DNA of 64,000 nt, taken from NCBI GenBank assembly GCA_964351365.1, contig CAYGNP010000001.1, forward strand, positions 92,572 to 156,571, written 5' to 3'. A program made the translations under genes and the position numbers. This document shows positions 42,516-50,643 of the stretch, piece by piece. The notes under the pieces are model-generated. The model was given only the letters and a program-made list of their open reading frames with translations. It had not been told where the DNA came from and did no database searches. Source of the DNA: an uncultured Micavibrio sp. (GTDB taxonomy: Bacteria; Pseudomonadota; Alphaproteobacteria; Micavibrionales; Micavibrionaceae). Position 1 is the stretch's first letter, and each line of letters starts with the position of its first letter.

Positions 42516-43391
42516 ATGGATTTCTATAGTTTTTTAAATGAGTATAAGGCCGTCATTGGCACGCTCTCGATCGCATTTGCGACCGTTCTGGCGGTGAGTA
42601 TGAATTTGGCCTATAGCCGGCGCGCCGACATGCGGCAAAAGCGTGAGCGTGATGCCAGCTTTGGCTCGGCGATTGCCTCCGAGCTTGTTGATAATGCGGA
42701 TAACCTTATGGATCTTTATTTTCAGATTTCGCGCTCAACGGCGAAAAGTACAAAAATTACGGGGTATAAGGAATTTAGCATTTTTGCCTATCAGGGTTTA
42801 CTGGAGCAAATTGGAACTCTGGGGCCGTCTTTGTCCTTTATGGTAGTGGATGTTTACGGCGATATCGTCAAGCTTAAGACGCGCCTTGGTACGATGAATG
42901 CCGAGGATATTCTGGCTGATAAAGATGATCTGCTGCCTGATATTCAAAATACGCTGGTTAAGGTTATGACCTGCTCAATTATGATGTATTTCTACGCGGA
43001 TTATATGTCGGGGAAAAATTGGCTTAAGGCGATAAAACGCCAACGCGTATTGTGGGTGGAATATATGCTTGAGAGTTTCCTTGAATATGTTGATAAAACT
43101 GACCATTCCGCTGACTTTCTTGGTATTGATGACGGCGAAGAGATCACGTTTTTAAAACGGTTTACTGATCCTGAAAAGCGCAAACATATTAAATCTTTGT
43201 TTGAAGCGATTGATCATAGCTATACGCGGTTCAATCATGTTGAAACATGGCAGGCGCAGCTGATTTTGCGGGCCTTATCGTACAAGCTTAGCAATACGCT
43301 GATGATCTTTCTTGATCTTGAGCCGAGCGAATACTCCCTCTCTTCCGAGAAGGAGTATAAGAGAATAATCAGCGCCTTTAAGAGCTTCTAG
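42516..43391 (+). CDS. Hypothetical membrane-anchored protein
   Basis: 291 aa with one N-terminal TM (VIGTLSIAFATVLAVSMNLAY); the remainder is helical. I recognise no family. Confidence 0.6.
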   Translation: MDFYSFLNEYKAVIGTLSIAFATVLAVSMNLAYSRRADMRQKRERDASFGSAIASELVDNADNLMDLYFQISRSTAKSTKITGYKEFSIFAYQGLLEQIGTLGPSLSFMVVDVYGDIVKLKTRLGTMNAEDILADKDDLLPDIQNTLVKVMTCSIMMYFYADYMSGKNWLKAIKRQRVLWVEYMLESFLEYVDKTDHSADFLGIDDGEEITFLKRFTDPEKRKHIKSLFEAIDHSYTRFNHVETWQAQLILRALSYKLSNTLMIFLDLEPSEYSLSSEKEYKRIISAFKSF

Positions 43392-43394
43392 GCT

Positions 43395-44012
43395 CTATTT
43401 CGCGGCTGGTTCAATCTGCGCCAGTTCCTCTAAGGCAGCCAAAACATCGCTTATGGGGGCGCGTTGTTTGTAGTCCTCGTTGACATAGGCGTATGTGACA
43501 ATGCCGTCCTGATTGACAACAAAAGTTCCGGGAATTGGAAGTTCAGCTACCTCAACGCCGTTATATTCGGCAAGGGATTGTCCTGTTTTCTTTTTCACAT
43601 ACTCGCTGGTTTTTTCGATGATGCTGTCTGAGGTATACCAAACCAGATCATAGTCGCGAATGACTTTATTACCGAGGTCGCTCAAGATCTCAAACTGTAG
43701 ATCGTTCGCCAGAACATGATCGACCATGCTTTCAGGTTTTGTTGGGGAGATTGCTACAAGCTGTGCGCCTTTTTCGGTTATTTGGGGCAAGTTCTCCTGA
43801 AATATGGCCAGTTGATCGTTACAATATGGACACCATTCTCCACGATAAAAATTTATGATGACGGGGCCTTTTTTGAGCATTTCAGAGAGCGTGCGATACT
43901 GTCCGTGGGCGTTAGATAATGTGAAATCCGGGGCTTTGTCGCCCACTTTTAATCCGGCGGCATAGGCCGGGGTAACCATAATACAAAGTGCAAAAAGTAT
44001 ATATTTTAACAT
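43395..44012 (-). CDS. Secreted peroxiredoxin/redoxin (AhpC-TSA family)
   Basis: ORF 43395..44054. The start chosen is ATG 44012 after AGAGGA (MLKYILFALCIMVTPAYA, signal). FYRGEWCPYCNDQL is the redox motif. Confidence 0.85.
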   Translation of the reverse strand: MLKYILFALCIMVTPAYAAGLKVGDKAPDFTLSNAHGQYRTLSEMLKKGPVIINFYRGEWCPYCNDQLAIFQENLPQITEKGAQLVAISPTKPESMVDHVLANDLQFEILSDLGNKVIRDYDLVWYTSDSIIEKTSEYVKKKTGQSLAEYNGVEVAELPIPGTFVVNQDGIVTYAYVNEDYKQRAPISDVLAALEELAQIEPAAK

Positions 44013-44034
44013 GTGTTTTCCTCTTCTTTGTTTG

Positions 44035-45537
44035 CTATTCGTCCGAAGTTTCAAATTGGATACCTTGGGCGAGGGGTAATTTTGTAGAAAAATTTACTGT
44101 GGAGGTCATACGGCGCATATAGGCCTTCCAAGCATCTGATCCACTTTCTCGCCCGCCGCCGGTTTCTTTTTCTCCGCCAAAGGCGCCGCCAATTTCTGCG
44201 CCGGATGTACCGATATTGACATTGGCCAGACCGCAATCGCTGCCGGATTCGCTGGTGAATAGCTCGGCTTCGCGGATATCATTGGTGAAGATGGCTGAAG
44301 ACAGGCCTTGTGGGACATTATTTTGACGCCAAATTGCATCTTCGATGTCGCTATATTTGAATACGTAAAGGATGGGGGCGAAGGTTTCGGTTTCTATATT
44401 ATTACACCCCTCAGGCATTTCCGCGATGGCAGGTTTAACATAGAACGCTTTGGGATAGTCTTTTTCCATTATGCGCCCGCCGCCTGTAATTAGACCGCCA
44501 TCCATTTGTGCAGTGTTGAGGGCATCTTCCATAGCGAGGTAGGCTTGTTCATCAATCAGCGGGCCGACCAGTATCCCCTGCTCCAGCGGATTACCGATTT
44601 TTAAGGACTCGTAAGATTTTTTGATGCGCGGAATAAGTGTGTCGTAGATGTCTTCATGCACGAAAATCCGGCGCGTCGTGGTACAGCGCTGCCCGCAGGT
44701 TCCAACCGCGCCAAAGACGATGGCCTGCAGCGCAAGATTTAAATCTGCGCTTGGAGCGACGATGATGGCGTTGTTCCCGCCAAGCTCAAGGATCGAGCGG
44801 CCAAAGCGCGCGGCAACAATTGGTGCGACGGCGCGTCCCATGGCGGTGGAGCCTGTTGCGCTGATGAGGGGAATGCGCTTATCCTTTACCATTTCTTGGC
44901 CGATATCGCTCTCACCGATTAAGAGCTGGGATAGGCCTTGCGGTGCGTCCGCACCAAATTGCTTGATGGCTTTATCCAGAAGATTCTGGCAGGCTATCGC
45001 GGTTAGCGGGGTTTTTTCCGATGGTTTCCAGATGATGGAATTTCCGCAAACAAGCGCAAGGCTCGCGTTCCATGACCAGACCGCAACGGGGAAATTAAAG
45101 GCGCTGATAATTCCTGTTGGTCCCAAGGGCTGCCAGATTTCGCGCATCTTATGTTCAGGACGCTCGGAGGGCATGGTCAGGCCATAAAGCTGGCGGGATA
45201 GCCCCACGGCAAAGTCACAGATATCAATCATTTCCTGTACTTCGCCAAGCCCCTCCTGATAAATCTTACCGCATTCAAGGGATACAAGTGCGCCGAGGGG
45301 CTCTTTATGTTCTCGCAGGACATTGCCAAGGATGCGCACTAGCTCGCCGCGGCGAGGCGCTGGAACGGTGCGCCATTTTTCGAAAGCCTGAACAGAAAGG
45401 CTGACTTTTTGCTGCACCCATGCACGATCATCTTTTTTGATGCTTCCGATTTTTGTGCCATCGATGGGGCTATATACATCCAAATCACCTGCGTCCGGCT
45501 TCAGTCCGAGTTTTTTGAAGATCTCTTTTTGTTGCAT
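44035..45537 (-). CDS. amaB: Aldehyde dehydrogenase, ALDH7/antiquitin type (alpha-aminoadipic semialdehyde / piperideine-6-carboxylate dehydrogenase)
   Basis: 500 aa. EGLGEVQEMIDICDFAVGLSRQLYG is diagnostic of ALDH7-type enzymes. The catalytic ELGGNNA and GTCGQRCT motifs are present. Confidence 0.85.
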   Translation of the reverse strand: MQQKEIFKKLGLKPDAGDLDVYSPIDGTKIGSIKKDDRAWVQQKVSLSVQAFEKWRTVPAPRRGELVRILGNVLREHKEPLGALVSLECGKIYQEGLGEVQEMIDICDFAVGLSRQLYGLTMPSERPEHKMREIWQPLGPTGIISAFNFPVAVWSWNASLALVCGNSIIWKPSEKTPLTAIACQNLLDKAIKQFGADAPQGLSQLLIGESDIGQEMVKDKRIPLISATGSTAMGRAVAPIVAARFGRSILELGGNNAIIVAPSADLNLALQAIVFGAVGTCGQRCTTTRRIFVHEDIYDTLIPRIKKSYESLKIGNPLEQGILVGPLIDEQAYLAMEDALNTAQMDGGLITGGGRIMEKDYPKAFYVKPAIAEMPEGCNNIETETFAPILYVFKYSDIEDAIWRQNNVPQGLSSAIFTNDIREAELFTSESGSDCGLANVNIGTSGAEIGGAFGGEKETGGGRESGSDAWKAYMRRMTSTVNFSTKLPLAQGIQFETSDE

Positions 45538-45607
45538 CGCGGCGCTCCTTATTCATCAAAATATAAGAATAGTATGGTATAATATAGTCTTTGATGAAAG
45601 GTGTTTC

Positions 45608-46894
45608 ATGTCTGATCTTTTTATCCCCTCTGATGATATTCGTGCACGGTTTTCGCGCGCGATGTCGGTGATGTACCGCGCCGAAGTTCCGGCCTACGGG
45701 ACGCTGCTTGATCTTGTTGGCAAGGTGAATGCACAGGTTCTGGAGCGTGATAAGGCTTTACGCGACGCCCTGTCAAAAACCGATAATCTTGAGCGGATTT
45801 CGGAGGAGCGCCATGGGGCGATTCGTTTGGGCACTGCGCAAGAACTGGCGATGATCTCACGGGTTTTTGGTGTGATGGGGATGCAGGCAGTGGGATATTA
45901 TGACCTCACGCAGGCGAATGTTCCCGTGCATTCCACAGCCTTTCGCGCGGTGGAGGCAGAGCGTCTTGCCCGCTCACCTTTTCGTGTGTTTTGTTCCCTT
46001 TTGCGTAGCGATTTGATTAAGGATAGAGCTTTGCGCGAACGCTCCGAGGAGATTTTGGCGGCGCGGGATATTTTCACGCCGCGCCTGAGGGAGCTGGTTG
46101 AGCAGGCTGAGGCGCAAGGCGGCCTTAATGAAGCCGATGCACAGGATTTTATCGAGAATGCGACCTATACCTTCAAGTGGCATGATAAAGCGGCGGTTGA
46201 GAAAGATTTCTATGAGGCCCTGAAGGCAGCCGATCCGCGGGCGGCGGATATTGTGTGCTTTAAGGGGCCACATATTAATCACCTCACGCCGCGCACGCTT
46301 GATATTGATGCCACGCATGCGGCGATGCCGGAATACGGCATGAAGGCCAAAAATGTGATTGAAGGCCCTCCTCCCTCTCATCCTATATTGCTGCGCCAGA
46401 CCTCCTTCAAGGCGCTGACTGAAAAGGTGATGTTCGGCGCGCAGGAAGGTGTTCATACGGCGCGCTTTGGGGAGATCGAGCAACGCGGCGCGGCGCTGAC
46501 ACCAAAAGGGCGGGCGCTGTATGATGAGATTCTGGATGAGGTGCGGGGGATCATCATCCCTGCCCCGGACGGATCGAATGCGGCCGAGTATATGCGCATT
46601 CTGAGCGAGCGGTTTCAGCGCTTTCCGATTGCGCCGGAAGATATGCGCTCCGAGAAGCTTGCTTATTTTCAGGCCTATAAGGATGATGCGGGCAAGACAG
46701 CCTATACGCCGATTACCTATGAAGATTTTCTACCCGTCAGCGCTGCGGGGATTTTTGCGTCGAACGCTGCGGATAAAACACGTGAAGACAGCTTCCAAAG
46801 CTCCTCCCAGGCTGATTTTGAAGCTGCGCTTGGGCATAAAGTTGCCCGTGAATTTGATCTGTATGAGGCGATGCAGGAAAAATCCTATTCTTGA
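45608..46894 (+). CDS. DUF1338 protein YdcJ/HglS (2-oxoadipate dioxygenase/decarboxylase family)
   Basis: ORF 45437..46894. The start chosen is ATG 45608. It is collinear with E. coli YdcJ as I recall it: FSRAMSVMYRAEVPAYGTLLDLV, ERHGAIRLGTAQELA, VPVHSTAFR, INHLTPRTLDID, LLRQTSFKAL, HTARFGEIEQRG, ITYEDFLPVSAAGIF. Confidence 0.85.
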   Translation: MSDLFIPSDDIRARFSRAMSVMYRAEVPAYGTLLDLVGKVNAQVLERDKALRDALSKTDNLERISEERHGAIRLGTAQELAMISRVFGVMGMQAVGYYDLTQANVPVHSTAFRAVEAERLARSPFRVFCSLLRSDLIKDRALRERSEEILAARDIFTPRLRELVEQAEAQGGLNEADAQDFIENATYTFKWHDKAAVEKDFYEALKAADPRAADIVCFKGPHINHLTPRTLDIDATHAAMPEYGMKAKNVIEGPPPSHPILLRQTSFKALTEKVMFGAQEGVHTARFGEIEQRGAALTPKGRALYDEILDEVRGIIIPAPDGSNAAEYMRILSERFQRFPIAPEDMRSEKLAYFQAYKDDAGKTAYTPITYEDFLPVSAAGIFASNAADKTREDSFQSSSQADFEAALGHKVAREFDLYEAMQEKSYS

Positions 46895-46919
46895 CACAAT
46901 GTATATACACGTATATCAT
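46891..46919 (+). promoter_or_regulatory. Sigma70-type promoter of parDE with palindromic GTATATAC boxes; predicts a leaderless mRNA
   Basis: TTGACA (46891..46896), a 17-nt spacer, then TATCAT (46914..46919). The parD ATG at 46927 is 8 nt after the -10 element and no SD is present. TGTATATA occurs twice and the self-complementary GTATATAC lies within the spacer. Confidence 0.5.
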
Positions 46920-46926
46920 TGTATAT

Positions 46927-47196
46927 ATGAATAAAGAACTTGTCTCCTTTCGGTTTGATCCAGAACTTAAAGCCCAGCTCGCAGCACTTGCTGAAGTTAC
47001 GGGGCGTTCCCAGACTTTCCTGGCTGAGGAAGCCTTGCGCGAGTATTGTGCCCGGCAAGCCTGGCAAGTAGACGCTATTAATGAGGGGCTAGCGCAGGCG
47101 GATCGTGGTGATTTTGCTGAACATGCCTCTGTTAAACAAAAATGGGTGAAAAAGCGTGCAGATCTTCTGGACGAGCGCAGCACAGAGCGATCTTGA
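46927..47196 (+). CDS. parD: Ribbon-helix-helix antitoxin (ParD/CopG-like)
   Basis: ORF 46891..47196. The start chosen is ATG 46927 (MNKELVSFRFDPELKAQLAALAEVTGRSQTFLAEEALREY, an RHH fold signature). It sits upstream of a ParE-like toxin. Confidence 0.8.
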   Translation: MNKELVSFRFDPELKAQLAALAEVTGRSQTFLAEEALREYCARQAWQVDAINEGLAQADRGDFAEHASVKQKWVKKRADLLDERSTERS

Positions 47197-47440
47197 GAAA
47201 ATAGAGTCTTTTATCGCATTAGATAATCCTGTTGCTTCGGTTGATGTTGTCCTTGAAAGTATAGATCAGGTCGAGAGGCTTTTGCCTCATAATCCTGCGT
47301 TAGGCAGAGCCGGGCGGGTTCACGAGACGCGGGAGATGGTTATCGTGGATTATCCGAATTATGTTGTAATTTATCGTGTCAGACTTGATATCCTTGAGAT
47401 TGTGAGAGTTTTGCATGCTGCACGTAAATGGCCCGAGTGA
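47156..47440 (+). CDS. parE: ParE/RelE-superfamily toxin
   Basis: 94 aa. MQIFWTSAAQSDLEKIESFI...GRAGRVHETREMVIVDYPNYVVIYRV...LEIVRVLHAARKWP is the typical ParE pattern. It overlaps parD by 41 nt in another frame. Confidence 0.85.
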   Translation: MQIFWTSAAQSDLEKIESFIALDNPVASVDVVLESIDQVERLLPHNPALGRAGRVHETREMVIVDYPNYVVIYRVRLDILEIVRVLHAARKWPE

Positions 47441-47634
47441 TAATAATTTCCTTGATTTTTTAGGCATTTTATCCTAATGTTAAATTGTGCTGATAACGCG
47501 TTGTAAATAATAAATAATTTTAGAAAATGCACAAAAATGACAAACAAACTAAAGGACTTTGTTTTTTGTATTGATTTCAATATCTTATAGGGTATATTCA
47601 GCGCGCAGATTTAACCCTTACTTTTTTGGTATGT

Positions 47635-49467
47635 ATGTCCGATCTTATTCTTAGTGTTGAAGAGGCCAGCGTTTTGATCGCGGCCAAGCCGTTCTTTGAG
47701 GGGCTGACGTTCCATATTCATGCGGGGCGGAAAATCGCGCTCGTCGGAAAGAATGGCGCGGGGAAAACCACGCTGATGAACATTATCAAGGGTGATCGGG
47801 AAATTGATGATGGTAAACGCTTTCTCTATCCCGGCACGACGACAGGCTATATGCAGCAGAATATCGTGCCCACACCAGAGCAGACGGTGCGGGATTTTGT
47901 TTTTGAGGGGCTATCGGATGAGCTTGAAGATTGGGATGTAGATTACCGGATTGATATGGTGATTGCACCCCTGCTCCTGAATGTTGATGACAAGCTTGCA
48001 ACGCTCTCGGGGGGGCAGCTCCGCCGGGCAGCACTCGCACGGGCATTGGTGGAGGAGCCGGATATTCTGCTGCTTGATGAGCCGACCAACCATATGGATC
48101 TCGAGCTGATTGAATGGCTGGAGGGGTATATCGCAGCATATCGCGGCGCGGTTTTGATTGTCAGCCATGACCGGCGATTTTTAGCGAATACAACAGACCG
48201 CGTGTTCTGGCTCGACCGGGGAGAATTGAAAGTTGCGCCGCAGGGCTTTGCGCATTTTCAGGAATGGTCGACCGAGATGCTGGCGCAGGAGGGGCGCGCG
48301 CTGCATAACCGGGCCAAGAAAGTGGAGCAGGAAATTGCGTGGGCCAATAAGGGCGTGAAGGCGCGCGTTAAGCGTAATGTCCGCCGTCAAGCGCAGGCTT
48401 TTGAAGCGCGGGCGGATCTGGAAAAAGATCAGAAAGCGTTCCGGCGTGTGACCTCGACGATTGAGCTGCCGCCTATAACGGCTGAGGAGTCTTCACAAAA
48501 TGTGGCGGAGTTCTTTAATGTCGGGAAAAATTACGGCGATAAAAAAATTCTTGATCATTTCAATATGCGGATCAAACGCAAAGACCGGATCGGGATTTTG
48601 GGCAAGAATGGCGCGGGGAAGACGACTTTCCTGCGCATGTTGACGGGGACAGAAGAGCCGGATACAGGCAAGATCAAGATGGCGAAAGATTTGACGTTCA
48701 GCTATTTTGATCAAAACCGCACGATGCTGGAAGATAACAAAACACTGAAGGATAATCTGTGTCCGGAAGGATCGGATTATCTGGATGTGCGCGGTAAATC
48801 GCGCCATGTGTGCGGGTATTTGAAGGATTTTCTTTTTGATCCGGAAGATGCATGGCGGCAGGTTTCAACTCTTTCAGGGGGGCAGAAGAACCGCCTGATG
48901 CTGGCCAAGGTGCTGGCTAATCCCGGCTCGATGCTGATTTTGGATGAGCCGACGAATGACCTTGATATGGATACGCTGGATATGCTGACCGGGGTTTTGA
49001 AAAGCTATGACGGGACGTTGTTTGTCGTGTCGCATGACCGGGATTTCCTGGATCAGGTGGTCACCAAAATGCTGGTGTTTGAGGGGAACGGCGTTGTTGA
49101 AGGCATTGTCGGTGGATATAGCGATTACGTGCTATGGAAGAAGAGCCAGGATGCTATTCAATCTGAACACTCGCAGAAGCGCGCGGATGGTTCTCAAAAG
49201 CCTAATAAGGATTCTTCGGCTTCGCCTCAGAATGACATTTCTTTTTCCTACAAACACAAGCGGGAGTTGGAGCAATTGCCCCTAGATATTGCAGGGCTTG
49301 AACAGGAAATTGCCAAGCTGGAGGATTTACTGAGTGATGCCGATCTTTATACGCGTGATCCCGATGCGTTTATGAGTGCATCAAAGCGTTTGCCGCAGGC
49401 GCAAGAGGCGCTTGAGGCGGCGGAGATGCGCTGGCTGGAGCTTGAGGAGATGCGGGCGCGGGCCTAA
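47635..49467 (+). CDS. uup: ABC-F family ATPase (Uup-like) with C-terminal coiled coil
   Basis: ORF 47626..49467 with an in-frame ATG at 47635. It has two ABC cassettes (GKNGAGKTT twice, LSGGQLRR / LSGGQKNR, LLLDEPTNHMD / LILDEPTNDLD) and no TM domain. The C-terminal helix is ELEQLPLDIAGLEQEIAKLE. Confidence 0.9.
   Translation: MSDLILSVEEASVLIAAKPFFEGLTFHIHAGRKIALVGKNGAGKTTLMNIIKGDREIDDGKRFLYPGTTTGYMQQNIVPTPEQTVRDFVFEGLSDELEDWDVDYRIDMVIAPLLLNVDDKLATLSGGQLRRAALARALVEEPDILLLDEPTNHMDLELIEWLEGYIAAYRGAVLIVSHDRRFLANTTDRVFWLDRGELKVAPQGFAHFQEWSTEMLAQEGRALHNRAKKVEQEIAWANKGVKARVKRNVRRQAQAFEARADLEKDQKAFRRVTSTIELPPITAEESSQNVAEFFNVGKNYGDKKILDHFNMRIKRKDRIGILGKNGAGKTTFLRMLTGTEEPDTGKIKMAKDLTFSYFDQNRTMLEDNKTLKDNLCPEGSDYLDVRGKSRHVCGYLKDFLFDPEDAWRQVSTLSGGQKNRLMLAKVLANPGSMLILDEPTNDLDMDTLDMLTGVLKSYDGTLFVVSHDRDFLDQVVTKMLVFEGNGVVEGIVGGYSDYVLWKKSQDAIQSEHSQKRADGSQKPNKDSSASPQNDISFSYKHKRELEQLPLDIAGLEQEIAKLEDLLSDADLYTRDPDAFMSASKRLPQAQEALEAAEMRWLELEEMRARA
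49210..49237 (+). repeat. Repeat half element embedded in-frame in the uup coding sequence
   Basis: GATTCTTCGGCTTCGCCTCAGAATGACA differs at one position from the reverse complement of 22022..22048. It is translated as DSSASPQND in the linker before the C-terminal coiled coil. Confidence 0.85.
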
Positions 49468-49476
49468 GCATTTATC

Positions 49477-50547
49477 TCAGGCGAAGCGCACCATTTTCTT
49501 ATTATCCTCATCCCATAGAGCGAGATGCGCATATTTCAGGCTTTCGAGGAAGGTAATGCGGTTCAGGGATTTCAGTTCTGGATTGGCATCCATGCATTCC
49601 TGCAGACGGTAATTCGGGATTTTGGCGTTCAGATGGTGAATGTGGTGCAGGCCGATATTGCCTGTGAACCATTGCATTATTGGTCCCAAGTCATAATAAG
49701 AGCTGCCCATGACAGCGGCCTCGTGATAGTCCCATTCTTGATGATTAACCCAATGCGCATCCTCGAATTGATGCTGGATGTAGAACAGCCATCCACCAAT
49801 CCAGGCGGTGGCGATCACAATCGGCATATAGGTTAGTAAAACCGGCGCAAAGCCAAATACCAGCCCTAGAGTGCCATAGGTCAAAAATAGCGCGAGGTTC
49901 AGGCCAAACACGCTTTTCCAGATTTGCTTGAAGGTTACGGATTTTTTGACTTCGCAGAACATAAAGGGTCCGGCGGTGGCGATGCGCTGATAGGCAATGA
50001 TGAAAAATGGCGTGCCAAGAAAAATCAGGAAAAATGGGTTGCGGTAGATGCGATATTTGCTCTTCATGGTGTTGTCAAGTGCGGCATATTCCTTAAGGGT
50101 TATGGTCTCCACCGAGCCAAAGCCGCGGTTATCGAGGTTGCCTGAGCTGGCGTGGTGCATGTTGTGGGTTTTGCGCCAGAAATCATAGGGAGTCCAGGTG
50201 AGTATACTCATGATGCGCCCTACCCGGTTATTCCATGTGCGTGATGTGAAAAACGAGCCGTGGCCGCAATCATGTTGGATGATAAACAAACGCACGAGCA
50301 GAAAAGATGCTGGAATTGTTAACAATGCGGTGATCCAGTAGGCAGATGAGAAACTGTAGAGCATGAGTGCATATACGACCACAAAAGGTATGAGTGTATT
50401 GGCAAGCTGTGCAATGGCCTTGCGGTTGTCCGCGCCTTGATAGAAGTTGCAGTGCTCAACGAAGCCCTCAATTTTTTGCTTCACACTTTGCGTTTGTTGC
50501 AATGATGCTTTTGACGGTATGCCTGGGCTATCAGGTTCGTTGAACAT
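49477..50547 (-). CDS. Membrane fatty acid desaturase
   Basis: 356 aa. The three His boxes HDCGH, HNMHH and HHIHH are present, with hydrophobic spans between them. Confidence 0.88.
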   Translation of the reverse strand: MFNEPDSPGIPSKASLQQTQSVKQKIEGFVEHCNFYQGADNRKAIAQLANTLIPFVVVYALMLYSFSSAYWITALLTIPASFLLVRLFIIQHDCGHGSFFTSRTWNNRVGRIMSILTWTPYDFWRKTHNMHHASSGNLDNRGFGSVETITLKEYAALDNTMKSKYRIYRNPFFLIFLGTPFFIIAYQRIATAGPFMFCEVKKSVTFKQIWKSVFGLNLALFLTYGTLGLVFGFAPVLLTYMPIVIATAWIGGWLFYIQHQFEDAHWVNHQEWDYHEAAVMGSSYYDLGPIMQWFTGNIGLHHIHHLNAKIPNYRLQECMDANPELKSLNRITFLESLKYAHLALWDEDNKKMVRFA

Positions 50548-50643
50548 AGATTCTCTTAAAGTGTATAAATATAATATTTCAGCTTCGCAGCTAAGCCATG
50601 CTTGCGCAAGGGGGAAATCATATTTTATCCCACCTGGTGAGGG

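Noticed and set aside
45437-45607. 57-codon N-terminal extension of the ydcJ/hglS ORF
   Set aside because: The extension overlaps the divergent amaB 5' end. It is hydrophobic junk. Alignment with YdcJ begins at the ATG at 45608 (MSDLFIPSDDIRARFS).
46897-46925. dif-like sequence (AATGTATATA core)
   Set aside because: Only the TGTATA centre resembles dif, and the flanking XerC/XerD arms do not match the GGTGCGCATAA / TTATGTTAAAT pattern. It is better explained as the parDE promoter and operator.
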